DNA of 64,000 bases. Origin: the human T2T-CHM13v2.0 reference genome, Homo sapiens. The notes below the pieces were generated by a model that saw only the letters and a list, made by a program, of their open reading frames with translations, ran no database searches and had not been told where the DNA came from. Of this stretch, positions 1 through 17,880 are shown piece by piece. The stretch is taken from assembly GCF_009914755.1 (NCBI RefSeq), contig NC_060927.1, one strand, 5' to 3'. Position numbers and translations under genes: made by a program. How positions within the stretch are numbered: position 1 is the first letter of the stretch; the number at the start of each line of letters is the position of its first letter.

Positions 1-584
1 CAGGTTTAAAAACCTCTTGAGGCCAAAGCAAGGGAGGTTTTAGATTTTACTTACAATCTTAAAGTTTTTGGGCCTGCCAGGAAGTGACAATTTTTACTCA
101 TTCACTGTCAGGCTGGAAGCACTGGAAGCCAGGCATTTTATGCACATTCTTAAATATGATATTTCAGTCAAAGCCTTAATAATATAACCAAGGTTTTCAA
201 TGGTATTCTGTTGATGAAGAGAAACAGATATTTATCGAGTAAAAATAGAAGAATACTCACAAATGGTTTCCAAATTTTGGAGGAATCAAGTAGGGAGACA
301 AAATGAATGCTTCCATCTTTGTTCAAAAAATTATACTTTACTGAATTTTTGTAAACTATAGGTAGCTTACGAGATAAAGTTTTCTTAAATCTGGAAAACA
401 AAATATTTCAGAACCAATAATGTTTCAAATAAAAGTCATAAAAACATCATCTTCGTGAACCACTTAATTTCATGTAATTGTTTTGTTTTGTTTAATCTTG
501 ATTAACAGTTTTATAAATCCATCAGTTTATTTGAGCTCTGGAGATTTTTATTTAGTCTACTGATCTTAAATTATCAAAAATTTT

Positions 585-826
585 GCCAGGCACAGTGGCT
601 CACATCTGCAGTCCCAGCACTTTGTGAGGCTGAGGCAGGTAGATCACTTCAACTTGGGAGTTTGAGATCAGCCTGGGCAATATGGAGAAATCCCATCTCT
701 ATAAAAAAAATACAAAAATTATCCAGGAGGCTGAGATTAGAGGATTGGGAGGTTGAGGATGCTGTGAGCCAAGACTGTACCACTGTATACCAGCTTGGGC
801 AACAGAGTGAGACCCTGTCTCAAAAA
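585..826 (+). mobile_element. Alu (old, internally deleted)
   Basis: Alu consensus motifs. Confidence 0.85.
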
Positions 827-2028
827 ATTTATTGGAATTCTGTGTTCAAGAGTATTTGTTATTTTCTATGAAAAGCAGTTTTGGACTACAGCAGATTGCA
901 AACACTTTTGGAGAAATTTTCAAAACAACTGTGAATGACAAAAACTTGGAATAGCCATGGTTTAAAATCTGATCAAAGGTCCTAATTGACAATGAAACTT
1001 GGTTATTTTTATTTCATGCAACCAGAATCATGACTGACTACATCACATCAGGACAATCAGACTTTTATTAATTTCAAGTTATGTTGGAGTAAAACACTGT
1101 TTTTCTAGATTTTTCAGGACATATATTTCACCATCAGGACATAACAGCAGAGTTGGAACCACAGAAAAAAAGTTACAAGAGTTGACAAAAGGTTGAAGGA
1201 AAGTTATCACTTCAGCCAAGCACAATGTTATGCCTTTTTAGGCAAGAAAAAAGGGGAGCTGAATCTCCATCCTCAAACTAGGCAAATTAAATAGATCTCA
1301 AAGATATTTGACAGAAATGGAAATTGTCTGTAGTTTAGAAGATGGCTGTTAAGGGAACAGATTTCAGAATTAAAACTCAAAACCTCTTGCAACTTTATGA
1401 AAACTAAATCAATACTTTAAGAAAACCTTGTTGTTCTAACATAGGGGACCACAGTTTTTCAGGTTTGTATTAGTGTATTTTTAATGCCAAAGCTTAATCC
1501 TTAGAAAGACTTTTCTAATTTTATTTAGAAAACTAATAAATTAATTTTCAGAAGAATTTAATTTTCTTCTGATTGTAACCAACTTGGTCACATGCAAAAC
1601 ATCTTGCATAAATTCCCCTTTCACAAATGAGTTACTCAGACCATTGGTGACATTCTTGGGCTTTCCACTTTGTCCTGTACTTTCCCTCTTAAATAACTAG
1701 ACATTTTAGTTTAGGATGAAAATTTACCACACAAGATTCTTTGTCATGTGAAATATTTCTTTTCTTTTCAACCTTCTCCTATCTCCATCTCCCTATCAAT
1801 AACTTTCTTCACATCTCTCTCTTCTACTTACTGGTTCTTCTTTAACATTTCACTGTTTTTTTGCTGAATCAATATTTTGAAACAACCTTTAAATAACCTC
1901 CAAATTATATAAAATTATTACTTCTTTCTCAATAAAGAGCATATTTGTATGCATTTCTTATATATTTTTTCTTATTAAAAATTCATCCTACTTTTTAAGG
2001 CACACTTTTATATAGAATTATATATATT

Positions 2029-2540
<512 letters not shown>

Positions 2541-2734
2541 TAGTAAACTTAAATTATAGTGAAAACTTAGGAAGCAGGAAATCTGTCACATATCAGTATT
2601 ATCAGTATTTTATGGGTGAGAACAATTTTATAGCAATATAGAAAGTCATATGGGTATAAAAATCCATATAACATATCCACATAAATATAACTCTAGGCAA
2701 AAGTTAACATAGAAAACAAAATTATGACTAATAA

Positions 2735-3697
2735 TGTAGGGACCAGCCCCACAGGGTCTGTGGGTTTTTCTCCCCATGTGTGGAGATGAGAGATCATAGA
2801 AATAAAGGCACAAGACAAAGAGAAAGAAGAAAAGACCGCTGGGCCCAGGGGACCACTACCACCTAGACACAGAGACCAGTAGTGGCCCCAAAGGCCAGGC
2901 TGCGCTTTTATTGGATACAAGACAAGGGGGCAGGGTAAGGAGTGTGAGCCATCTCCAATGATAGGTAAGGTCACATGGGTCATGTGTCCACTGGATGGGG
3001 GCCCTTCCCTGTTTGGCAGCTGAGGTGGGGAGAGAGAGAGACAGAGAGGAGACAGCTTATGCCATTATTTCTGCATATCAGAGACTTTTAGTACTTTCAC
3101 TAATTTTGCTACTGCTAACTAAAAGGTGAGCCAGGCATACAGGATGGAACATGAAAGCGGACTAGGAGCATGACCACTGAAGCACAGTATCACAGGGAGA
3201 TGGTCAGGCCTCCGGATAACTGCAGTGGGCCTGACATCAGTCAGGCCCTCCACAAGAGGTGGCAGAGCAGAGTCTTCTCTAAACTCCCCCAGGGAAAGGG
3301 AGACTCCCTTTCCTGGTCTGCTAAGTAGTGGGTGCTTTTCCTTGGCACTGACACTACTGCTAGACCACGGTCCGCTTAGGTCACGGGCATCTTCCCAGAT
3401 GCTGGCGTTACTGCTAGACCAAGGAGCCCTTGTCTTCTGGTAACTTCTCACTATGTCCCCTCAGCTCCTATCTCTGTATGGTCTGGTTTTTCCTAGGTTA
3501 TGATTACAGAGTGAGGATTATTATAATATTGGAATAAAGAGTAATTGCTACAAACTAATGATTAATGATATTCATTTATAATCATATGTATGATCTATAT
3601 CTAGTATAGCTATTATTTTATATATTTTCTTTATTACACTGGAACAGCTCTTGCCCTCAGTCTCTTGCCTCGGCACCTGGGTGGCTTGCCGCCCACA
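2735..3697 (-). mobile_element. Solo LTR13-type LTR (HERV-K13/HML-4)
   Basis: Reverse complement starts TGTGGGCGGCAAGCCACCCAGG and ends CCCTACA; perfect 6-bp TSD taataa. Confidence 0.85.
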
Positions 3698-5029
3698 TAA
3701 TAACAGATTTCTAGAAGAGACAAATATAAAACCATCTGACCAGTAAACCCAGGTAAAATGTACACTGGCCATTTTGAAGATATTTCTATTTTTATTTTAC
3801 CACTAATTTTAGAACAGTTTATTTATCACAGATTTAATTAAGTCACATGAATTAAAAAGCATTTAGGTTAATTATTGTATATTTCATGAGGCCATTTATC
3901 TAAACAGACTTTCTTAAGGGATTTCTGAATCACTACACCAGATTTTACCATGTAGACAAAACATATAACAAAATACATGTGTATATGCACAAACATATCT
4001 GACCACATATACACACACAAATAACAGATCTTATGGTTCTTTTATTTTAGACTTTTAGTCATGAGATAGTAAAATAATCCACCAGTTTATAAAAGACAGT
4101 TGAACCCAAATTATATTTTTTGGCAAAATGTAAAACATGGCTAAAATTTATTTGCCACGATAGGTAATCTAATAAGTGCTGTGAACCACAGTTTGGGTAA
4201 AGCAGTTTCCATGGCAGTTTGACTTTTTAAGAAACTTTTTTCAGCTTAAGTTTCAAATGAGTTTAGGGTTATATTTTCAATGTTTACATTTAAGCTGGGA
4301 CTCAATAAATTGTATAAGAAAAATAAAATCTCCATGTAACCTTGAATTAGTAGCAAATCTATTTTCTGTTTGCCAGTGTGATTTGCTTGACTAGCAAGTC
4401 TGGACAGGAAAGATTTTCAGCGGTTTTAAATTATTTGTAATTTTTATTTTTTGCTTTTGCATGGCAGAAATAGCAAAATTTTTGTGCTAGACATACCTTA
4501 GATTATTGCTGTAAGGTCAAGATTTTGACCTGTTTGATCTCAGAGCCTAATTTCATAAATATTTTTCTAGTTATTTTTCTCTTATATTAACTTCTAATTA
4601 AGTATTCTGTCATTGTACACAATTGTAAGTCAGGTAAACCTAAATTTATATTTCTTATTTTTTCTTAACACACGGTATTTTAGAATTAAATTTATATTTC
4701 TAAAGATTATCTCACTTGATATCATGAAGCTATTGTAATTTATAAAGCCATTAATTTGAAAACTCTTTAAGATTTGGGACACAGGCCAGAATTCCATAAA
4801 CAGTGAATGGGCAGAAGAAGGACAGAGAGAGGTATACAGAGAACTTAGAAAACTCTACATGTTAACTCTATAATCGCAGGTTTTTCAAATAATGACTATT
4901 GGAGATCTGAATTTTCCTTGATGTAATTTTCCCAGCAAGTTAAAAATATGAGCCATAATATATAACCAGGTGGAGTCCCAGAAAACCTAGCATGCCTTAA
5001 TGTTTGAGAATGCGATTCTGGTTTTTTTT

Positions 5030-5305
<276 letters not shown>

Positions 5306-5809
5306 GATAAGATTGTTCACAAAAATTTTAACCTAGACATGCAGATCAAAATATTAAACTAGGCATGCAGACCAATTTGCAAGTAAATTCACTAGAATAT
5401 ATGCCTCACAGACAGAATGTAAAATCTGTAGAAACCAAGACTAATCCAGAAAGACACTGATCTTTATTCCAGAAAGGACTTACCAGAAAAGACAAAAAGT
5501 CTTTTATCATCTCTGGAGGGATGTGTCGTCCTTCATTAAGGTAGCTTATCCAAACCAGTTCCCAAATGGTATAAAAAAGCCTCTACCAAAAGGAGGGAGG
5601 CTTAGCCTGAAAGAAGACAGGAAAAACAGGCAGGAAAAAACAAGCTGTGAAAGAAAGCAAGGAGCTCAAAGGGCTCAAAGGTGAGTACTGCACACTGGTT
5701 CTGGGAGTAATTCCTCTCAATCTTGGTTTCTGAACAAGAACTCAGTGAAAAAATAAAGTCAGCAAGATTCTTGGGGGTGGTAAATAATTATACTTTCTGT
5801 GGTTAGTTA

Positions 5810-6600
5810 GGGAGAACATCTGTGGGCTTTTGGGTTAAAGGACCACTGACATGAAAACCAGGGCAGCCTCTCCCAAGAATACTATGTTCCTCCTTGTCTT
5901 CTTCATTCACAGAGAGGATTCCCTTCATCTGAGAAAGCCAGTTTTCATCCAAAGGATCCACCTCACACAAGTCCAGGGTAATTACAATGTATTGGCAACA
6001 CCCATTCACTATGTTGTACATTTTGAAAAAGCTATTAATTTCACTACATCTGCATTTAACAGTTCAGCACACAATTGCAGACACTGTGCAGTCTTTTTCT
6101 TGGAATGCTGGTTTCCTGGGCTCAGTGCTTTCTCCAGAGGTTTTGCACAATTTGGGGATTTTCTCTAAAGAATGGAGAAGGCTTTTTTTGCTAAATACAA
6201 AAGACAAGCTCTTGAGAGGAAAAATCATGTTTCTATATAAAAGTAAATGTGATTCCCAAAGGCCTACTTTGAAAGAAAAGGGACAAAACTGAGGTGTCAT
6301 TCCAGACAGTGTGATAGGTATGTCAACAAATGATAGGTATGTCCAACGGACACATCCAAATACACGCTTCCTAAAAATGGATCAATATTTTTTTATTCAA
6401 GAAATCTCTGTGAGCTGCTTTCCAAATTGGCAAAATCAGTTATTTTGAACGGGTAGAAAATCTTCAAATTTTGAGGGTAAATTGGAAGTTGAAGAACAAT
6501 CAAGTCATTCACAGCAGGGTCTGATAAGTCAGGAGGATGAATGAATGGAAAGAATGCTGTTGGTGTCCAAAGGTAAACCTGGCTTGCTTCTGGCAGGTGT
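5810..6600 (+). mobile_element. Very old non-LTR retrotransposon reverse-transcriptase relic (RTE-X/L4- or CR1/L2-like)
   Basis: Ordered, degenerate RT motifs across frameshifts (see finding). Confidence 0.4.
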
Positions 6601-6964
6601 CATCTAAGGCACATACAATGTGACAGCTTTGAAGGGCAGAGGGTCTTGACATTGACTCTCCACAATGATATGGAGATCAGTGTGAGTGCCGGCATGTTGA
6701 CTCCTGGGAGACTACTAAGCATTTGCCACCTCTTCCAAGGTGGAGGCCCACAAAAAGGCTACAGAGTCATTCACAGGTGTTGGCAACTTCTAGCGTCAGT
6801 GCAGCTCTCCTTACCTGCACAGCTAGAGACACAGACAATATTGGCAATACAGTATTCTTGTGGGATTTGTTTGCTTCCAGCATAACAGATGAATTTTTCT
6901 CCAGCAAACACAACAATTCATTTTCAACAGGCACCAGTTCCTCCTAAATATGGATGATTCACCA

Positions 6965-7400
6965 CGTCTCAGTGTGGGTTCCCCCAGGAGCAGAACTTAA
7001 GACAAAGATTTCAGTGCACGTAGTTTATTTGGGACTTGATCCCAAGGAGACTGGAAGCATTGGTCAAGGAGGGACAGAATGGGACAGGGAACAGGGAGAA
7101 GACAAAATAAGGATGTGTTGCCAAGTGAGTTACACTGCAGATGACTGGTGCTTACTCCCATGACAGAACTCTGGGGAGCCACGTCGAACATGGACCTCAG
7201 AGTTACACAGCCAGGGGATAACGGAACTGAGGCATGCATTCTCCAGTCCAGTCAGTAGTAGAAGGCTTTTCTGCGGTGGGGAATGGAACCCAGGCCAAGT
7301 GGGTTCTAGCTGCAGAGAAGGGGATACACAACCTTAGGTAAGAGGGTGCACATCCCAGCCATTGGATGTGGGGCTGGAGGAAGTCATTCGGCTGGGCTCC
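6965..7400 (-). mobile_element. Old MLT1-type LTR
   Basis: gggttcccccaggagcagaacttaagacaaagattt...gtagtttatttggga motif. Confidence 0.5.
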
Positions 7401-7624
7401 TACCGTTTATACTTATTATACCGTTACGGTCAGTAAGAGACAGGTGGTGATGACGTTGTCAGTTAAGAATAGCCATCATTTGCTTAGTTAAGTGTGGAAT
7501 TGTCCTGGGAGTCTAACTTACTAAGTTAATTTCACACTTAACTCCCACAGCCTGTCCACACCTAATTTCAGGATATATGTCAAAAGGAAAGAATAAATGT
7601 GATATACAGTTATATAAGTTACAT

Positions 7625-7957
7625 CAGTGGTCCCCAGCCTTTTTTGGCACCAGAAATGGGTTTCCTGGAAGACAATTTTTCCACAGATGGCAGGGAGGAT
7701 AGTTGCAGGATGAAATTTTTCCACCTCAGATCATCAGGCATTAGATTCTCATAAGTGCATGTAACCTAGATCCCTCACATGTGCAGTTCACATTGGGGTT
7801 CGTACTCCTATGAGAATCGAATGCTGCAGCTGATCTGATAGGAGGCGGAGCTCAGGTCATAATGCTCACTCAGCCACCACTCACCTCCTGATGTGCAGCC
7901 CGGTTCCTCAGAGGCCACAGGCAATACCTGTCCATGGCCCAGGGATGGGGACCACTG
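7625..7957. mobile_element. MER1B-type hAT-Charlie MITE
   Basis: TIRs cagtggtcccca / tggggaccactg; perfect 8-bp TSD agttacat. Confidence 0.85.
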
Positions 7958-8076
7958 AGTTACATTATATATACTATTAATATCTGGCTGTACCAAAAAG
8001 TATTGTGAAAATATTTATAGTCCTGTTTGAGGGTCTTTTCTGAAGCTTTCCATTTACAAATAGAAAAGAATATTAA

Positions 8077-8368
8077 GGCCAGGCACGGTGGTTCATGCCT
8101 GTAATCACAACACATTGGGAAGCTGAGGCAGGAGGATCCTTTGAGCCCAGGAGTTTGAGACCAACCTGGGAAACATGGCAAAACCCTCTGTGTACAAGAA
8201 AATACTAAAATACACCAGGTGTGGTGTCACATGCCTGTGGTCTCAGGTACTTGGGAAGCTGAGGTGGGAGGATTGCTTGAGCTCAGGAAGTTGAGGCTGC
8301 AGTGAGTTGTGATTGCACCAGCCTGGATGATAGAGTGTCACCCTGTCTCAAAAAAAAAAAAAAAAAGA
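8077..8368 (+). mobile_element. AluJ
   Basis: Alu consensus; flanking direct repeat aaaagaatattaa. Confidence 0.9.
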
Positions 8369-8742
8369 ATATTAAAACAGATACTGTGGTTTCTATCTAT
8401 CTTTTTGGTCCTCTCATAGCAAAAATCAACAAAAGAAACTAATGTATAACCTAGCAAAATGCAGCAAGCACTAGGAATTTTCTATTTCAGTGCCTTAGGC
8501 AATCTGACAGATAATGTAGTTCAAAAAAAGTGTTTGCTGTACTGTGAAATGTACATTTAGATATGCAGACAGCCTCTTGACACAGACATTGCTATAGTGG
8601 TTTCTAGCATAATTTAAGGCTTTTTGTTCTTGATTAACAGGGAGATGCCATCCGCCTCAGTGTGTGCCCTAAGAAATTAAAGAGATGCCAGGAAGGAAAA
8701 GTATTAATGAGGAGTACAAAATTCTACTTTAGAAAACATCTT

Positions 8743-9712
<970 letters not shown>

Positions 9713-10325
9713 GTTTTATTAGTCTAAAACCTGTCAATATGACATAAAAATAATTATCAAGTTGGGCACAGTGGCTCATATTTGTAAACCCAGTGCTTTG
9801 AGAAGCCGAGGCAGGAGGATCACTTGAGGCCAGGAGTTCAAGGCCAGCCTAGTCAACATAGCAAGACCCCATTTTTACTAAAAAGAAAAAAAAGAAAAGA
9901 AAATACTCAAAATAAAAAGCAATCGCCTTTCTTACTCCTTCTTCTCTCTTCATTCCTACACCAGTCTTATTTTTCTAAATGAAAATAATTATCAATATTT
10001 ATTAAGATTGTGAAATTCTAGTACTTTTCAATAATAAATATCAACTAATTGCATTGTTTTTAAAATCAATATTTTTAAAACAAATCAATATTTCACATGG
10101 CTATAAAAACACAAAATATTGATTAAAGTTTAATAAAAACATGAAAATAAATTATTTCAACTAAATATAAAGTTAATATAATTTAATTGAAGGAAAAACT
10201 ACTTGAAAATAATTAAGGTTGTTCAGGTTCAAATCAACAAATTCCATGATCAACAATTTAAAATATTAAGGTCTGTTAAGTGATAGAATTAATGCCTAAA
10301 TATGCCTAAATGACAACATTGCTAA

Positions 10326-10649
<324 letters not shown>

Positions 10650-11024
10650 TAATTTTTATTTTAAAGAACAATCCCTAAGCAATTCACGGTGCTAAGTTCA
10701 AATAAGTCAAAAATAAAGCAAATAACTTTTTTTTCTGCAGGGCTTCACAATTTAGTTGGGATGAGAAGATTAAAAATAATAGTGATAAACCCTATGATAG
10801 AAAGAAAAAATGAAACTAAAGGAGTGTGGAGGAATAAGGTCTCTATTTTAATTTATGAGTTTTGCAGCCACTTTGTAGACATGACACTTGAATTTTAAAT
10901 AAGTTAAAAGGAAAAAAAATTGACAACTTCCAAATCTTTCTCTCTCACCCAACTTTATTCATATGTATTATTTCTATTAATGATTACATAAGAGAAATTA
11001 GGACTTCTAAATTAGTAAATATTT

Positions 11025-11357
<333 letters not shown>

Positions 11358-11513
11358 CTAACAAAATAGTATTTTAAAATAAAACAAGTCCCCAAATAGT
11401 TTGAAGAGTTGTAATGTTTTTACATTTTTGCAAAATGTCTGGCTTAACTGAAGACAGCTTTATACTCATATCTGCTTCTGAATTCAATCTGTTGCAATAT
11501 GTTGTTTTGACTA

Positions 11514-11932
<419 letters not shown>

Positions 11933-12287
11933 TCAGGTTATTGCAATGGGAGGCATGACACCACATCATATGCTTTTTCTGCTATATCACATTAAAACCT
12001 ATAGGTCTATTTTCAATGTTAATGGCTCTTTTACCGATCATGATTTTTATCATATTGGCATGGCCATTGGGAAAATATTGGTTCATCGAATAATGCAGAT
12101 GTTCCAAATATTGATACACTTTATTACAAAATATTTTGAAATTCAGTAATATTGCCCTTGATCTCCTCAGAAAAACCCGTGTTTTGAAAAATTGTCATGT
12201 TCAAGAACGCAGATACGTTTTCCATATTTTAATTTTCACTTGAAAACTTTTTACATTTTCAGTAACAGCTCAGTTATTTTTCTTTAA

Positions 12288-13435
<1,148 letters not shown>

Positions 13436-14045
13436 GTAGACTACAGGCTTACATCATCACCCCTGGCTAATATTTTTTGTAGAGATGGGGTTTCATCATG
13501 TTGCTCCAACTGGTCACAAACTCTTGAGCTCCAAAAGTGCTGGGATTACAGGTGTGAGCCACTGCACCCTGTCACACTTAGTTCATTTTTAAGTAATAAG
13601 TGCTCTATGAGTTCTTACCATTTTATCAAACAGAATACTGAAAAGACATACTTGGGGATCTAGATTTAATGAAAATTATATTTTTTACTGCTTCATCAAG
13701 GATATTCTTAAGTAACATGAAAATAAAATTGGCATGTTTATTTAAGCAACCACGTGAGTGTAAATAATAGAACTGCTACTATTGTTTGGAGCCACTGTCT
13801 TGTTTTGTGCTACGGTTTTACTTACTATTGCATTTGCACCAAAGCAGAGAACAAAAACAAGCGAAAAAGACAAGTAACATATCTGTATTATGATAGAAAG
13901 AGTCTTATTTTCATGGAGCACTCTGAGATCCACTGTTCCAGGTATAGCTCTCTCCCAGACCCATCACACCTGTTCTGGCACAAAGTTTTATTAATTCTAC
14001 TTCTTAAGTATTCTTCTACTCACTGCTTCCTCTCCACAACTTTAT

Positions 14046-14273
14046 GACTCAGTGAAACCCTCACACTCTCTCATCTGAAATATTTCCATTTTCCATCATG
14101 TTCCCATCAGCCTGCACTCCTCGACTCAGTGAAACCCTCCCTCCCTCTCATCTGAAATATTTCCATTTTCCATGCTTCCATCAGCCTGCACTCCTCGACT
14201 CAGTGAAACCCTCACTCTCTCTCATCTGAAATATTTCCATTTTCCATCATGTTTCCATCAGCCTGCACTCCTC
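14046..14273. repeat. 74-77-bp tandem triplication
   Basis: gactcagtgaaaccctc at 14046, 14123 and 14197. Confidence 0.95.
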
Positions 14274-14593
14274 TCACTTCCCGTTATCTTGTTCGCTTCC
14301 ACACTAATATCTCTAAACAGGTAACTGTGTTCCTCAAGGACTTAAAAGCACTTAACAACAGCTTAAAACTTAGGTTCTCACTCTTTAGCAAGGACTTGAA
14401 GACTTTTAATGATTCAGCTCCTGTTCACAAATCTAACCACTTTTTCCCACATCAACCCTGAACAGAAGCTAAGTTCCACTCATATACAAAATCTTTCAAT
14501 TTTCCTGAATAAAAAAGATTATGTAGCCATCACCCATAATCTGACTCCAGAACTCTGTTTCTGCACCTTCCTGTCAAACTCATAATAAGTCTC

Positions 14594-14935
14594 CGTATTA
14601 GTCTGTTCTCATGCTGCTAATATGGACATGCCCAAGGCTGGGTAATTTATAAAGAAAAATAAGTTTAATGGACTCACAGTTCCACATGGCTGGGGAGACC
14701 TCACAATCATGGCAGAAGGCAAAGATCAGGTCTTACACGGCAGCAGACAAGAGAGAGCATGTGTAGGGGAACTTCCCTCCATACAACCATCAGATCTCAT
14801 GAGACTTATTCACTATCATAAGAACAACACAGTCCTCATGATTCAATTACCTCCCCCCAGGTTCCTCCCACAATATGTGGGAATTATGGGAACAACAATT
14901 CGAGATTTGGGTGAGGACACAGCCAAACCATATCA
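14594..14935 (-). mobile_element. THE1 solo LTR (MaLR)
   Basis: gtattagtctgttctcatgctgct...ggacacagccaaaccatatca; 5-bp TSD gtctc. Confidence 0.85.
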
Positions 14936-16057
14936 GTCTCATAATAAGGACCAAAGGCCAAGCCTTCCCTAAGTCGTCCTTAAGAGACTCATGCAGATTT
15001 CATAATTTGCTCCCAGTTGGGCCTTTTCTCAAGACCTTGACATTCTGATCTAGACTCAGATGGCTTTGTGGCTCATTATGAAACCCATCTGTGTTCTTAC
15101 GCTAGACTCAGTAAGATAGCTACTCTTTCATCAATTCGTGTCATTATTTATTAATTCTTTGCATAACTGGACTTCAAAATAGGATTTTAGAAAAAGTTTT
15201 GACCGTGTGCTCTTCACAATGAAGATCACTAGGCATTTGTTATGTGATTCTTTCTTTCCTATCATATGGGAGAAAATAGCATTGGGCTGTGTGCCCTGAG
15301 AGGGAGGGCACATTTAGATATTTTAGGAGTTGTAAATAGAAGACCAAACATCAGAGAGAGAGACTTTGCTTCACCTGTAGTTCAAATATTTAGTTAGGAC
15401 AGGCACAGTGGCTCATGCCTGTAATTCCAGCACTTTGGGAGGTTGAGGCAGGTGGATCACTTGGGCTCATGAGTTCAAGACAAGCCTGAGCAACATGGTG
15501 AAACTCTGTCTCTACAAAAAATAGAAAAACTAGCCAGGCATGGTGATGCACGGTATTATGAGGTTGCACTTCACTGAAAAACCAAAGTTGTTTAGCACTT
15601 CCATGTGAACCACACCATCTCACAAGTATGAGGTGTAGCAGAAGTCCAGTCCCAAGGACACAAAGAAGACACACCATGTTAATGGAATGACATACTGCAG
15701 TGTATCTAGATAAACGATCCTGGGCCTTGATGAGAGAGATAGATGCAGTCTTGAAGGAACTGATTATGCAGTGATTCTGCATTTAAATATTTGACCTAAT
15801 TTTAGTAACAAAAATGTATGCACCTTTCATTTTCAAAGTGCAGTTGTTCCTCAGTATCCGTGGGAAATCAGCTCCAGAATACCCCCACAGACACCAAAAA
15901 CCACTGATGCTCAAGTCTTATATAAAACGGTATTTTGCATATAACCCATGCTTATCCTTCCATATGCAGTCATGTGCCTCATAATGACCATTTTAATCAA
16001 TAATGAACCATGTATATTACCATGGTCCCCTAAGATTATAAACACATGTAGAAACCT

Positions 16058-17073
16058 TCTTGCGGGAAGTCAGAGACCCCAAATGGAGGGACTGGCTGGA
16101 ACCGTGGCAGAAGAACATAAATTGTGAAGATTTCATGGACATTTATTAGTTCCCAAAATTAATACTTTTATAATTTCTTATGCCTGTCTTACTTTAATCT
16201 CCTAATCCCGTCATCTTCATAAGCTGAGGATGTATGTCGCCTCAAGACCCTGTGATGATTGCGTTAACTGTATAAATTGTTTGTAAAACATGTGTGTTCA
16301 AACAATATCAAATCTGATTGTAAAACATGGGTGTTTGAACAATATGAAATCAGTGCACCCTGAAAAAGAACAGAATAACAGCGATTTTCAGGGAATGAGG
16401 GAAGATAACCATAAGATCTGACTGCCTGCAGGGTTGGGCAGAATACAGCCATGTTTTTCTTCTTGCAGAGGGCCTACAGATGGACGTGTGAGTAAGAGAA
16501 TATCACTGAATTCTTTTCCCAGCAAGGAATATTAATAATTAATATCCTGGGAAAGGAATGCATTCCTGGGGGTAGGTCTATAGACGGCCGCTCTGGGAGT
16601 GTCTGTCTTATGTGGTTGAAATAAGTACTGAAATACACCCTGGTCTCCTGCAGTACCCTCAGGCTTGCTAGGATTGGGAAATTCCAGCCTGGTGAATTCT
16701 AGTCAGACTGGTTCTCTGCTCTTGAACCTTGTTTCCTGTTAAGATGTTTATCAAGACAATGTGTGCACAGCGGGACACAGACCCTCATCAGTGGTTCTAA
16801 TTTTGCCTTCACCTTGTGATCTTTATGGCTCTTTGAAGCATGTGATGCTTGTGACCTACTCCCTGTTCGTACATCCCCTCCCCTTTCAAAATCCCTAATA
16901 AAAACTGGCTGGTTTTGTAGCTCAAGGTCGCCATCATAGTCCTACCAATGTGATGGCACCCCCAGAGGCCAAGCTGTAAAATTTCTTTGTACTCTTTATT
17001 TCTCAGACCAGCCAACACTTAGGGAAAATAGAAAGAACCTACATTGAAATATTGGGGGCTGGTTCCCCCAATA
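16058..17073 (+). mobile_element. Solo MER11 LTR (HERV-K11/HML-8)
   Basis: t(c)ttgcgggaagtcagagacccc...ggttcccccaata; 6-bp TSD aaacct; empty site in the paralogous copy near 32260. Confidence 0.85.
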
Positions 17074-17522
17074 AAACCTCATATGTGGGACTTGATACTA
17101 GCACTGCAGATCAAGTAGGGAAAGTGACTGATATTCAATGATGGTGCTAGAACATATGGTTTCTCCTATGAAAAAACATAAACATATACACCATCTAGGG
17201 TTATGTAACTACACTTTATGATGTTCACAAAACAAAAATATTGCTTAGTAAGCATGTCTCAGAACATACACATGTCATTAAGCCATGCATGACTGTACTT
17301 TATATCATCTCTGGAACACTTCGGTCAATCAAGAAAAATGACCAAGACAAATCTCAATCACTTTAGGAGGTTTATTTGCCAACGTTAAGGATGCACACCC
17401 AGGAGACAGGTCTATGCTTTTCTTCAAAAATGATTATGAGGGTTCCAAATTTAAAGGGGAAAGGGTGAAATATTGAGAAATACAGTTTTCATGTAAGACT
17501 GGGGTAAGGGGAAAACATTCAT

Positions 17523-17880
17523 TGATACGGTTTGGCTCTGTGTCCCCACCCAAATCTCACCATAAATTGCAATAATCCCCATGTGTCAAGGGTGGGACCA
17601 GGTGGAAGTAATTGGACCATGGGGGCAGTTTCCTCTATGCTGTTCTCATGATGAGTCACATGAGATCTGATGGTTTTATAAATGTCTGACATTTCACTCA
17701 TTGTCTGCTTGCACTCATTGTCTCTCCTGCCACCCTGTGAAGAGGTGCTCTCTGCCATTATTGTAAGTTTCCTGAGGCCTCCCCAGCCATGCAGAGCTGT
17801 GAGTCAATTAAACCTCTTTCCTTTATAAATGACCCAGTCTTGAGTATTTCTTCAGAGCAGTATGAGAACAGACTGATACA
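17523..17880 (+). mobile_element. THE1D/MSTA-type MaLR LTR
   Basis: tgatacggtttggctctgtgtccccacccaaatctc...gagaacagactgataca; TSD ttcat/gtcat. Confidence 0.85.

Noticed and set aside
15728-15764. TGATGA...CTGA (C/D-box-like) present in both duplicates
   Set aside because: Boxes only ~30 nt apart, no terminal stem, and antisense to the host gene; not a credible snoRNA.
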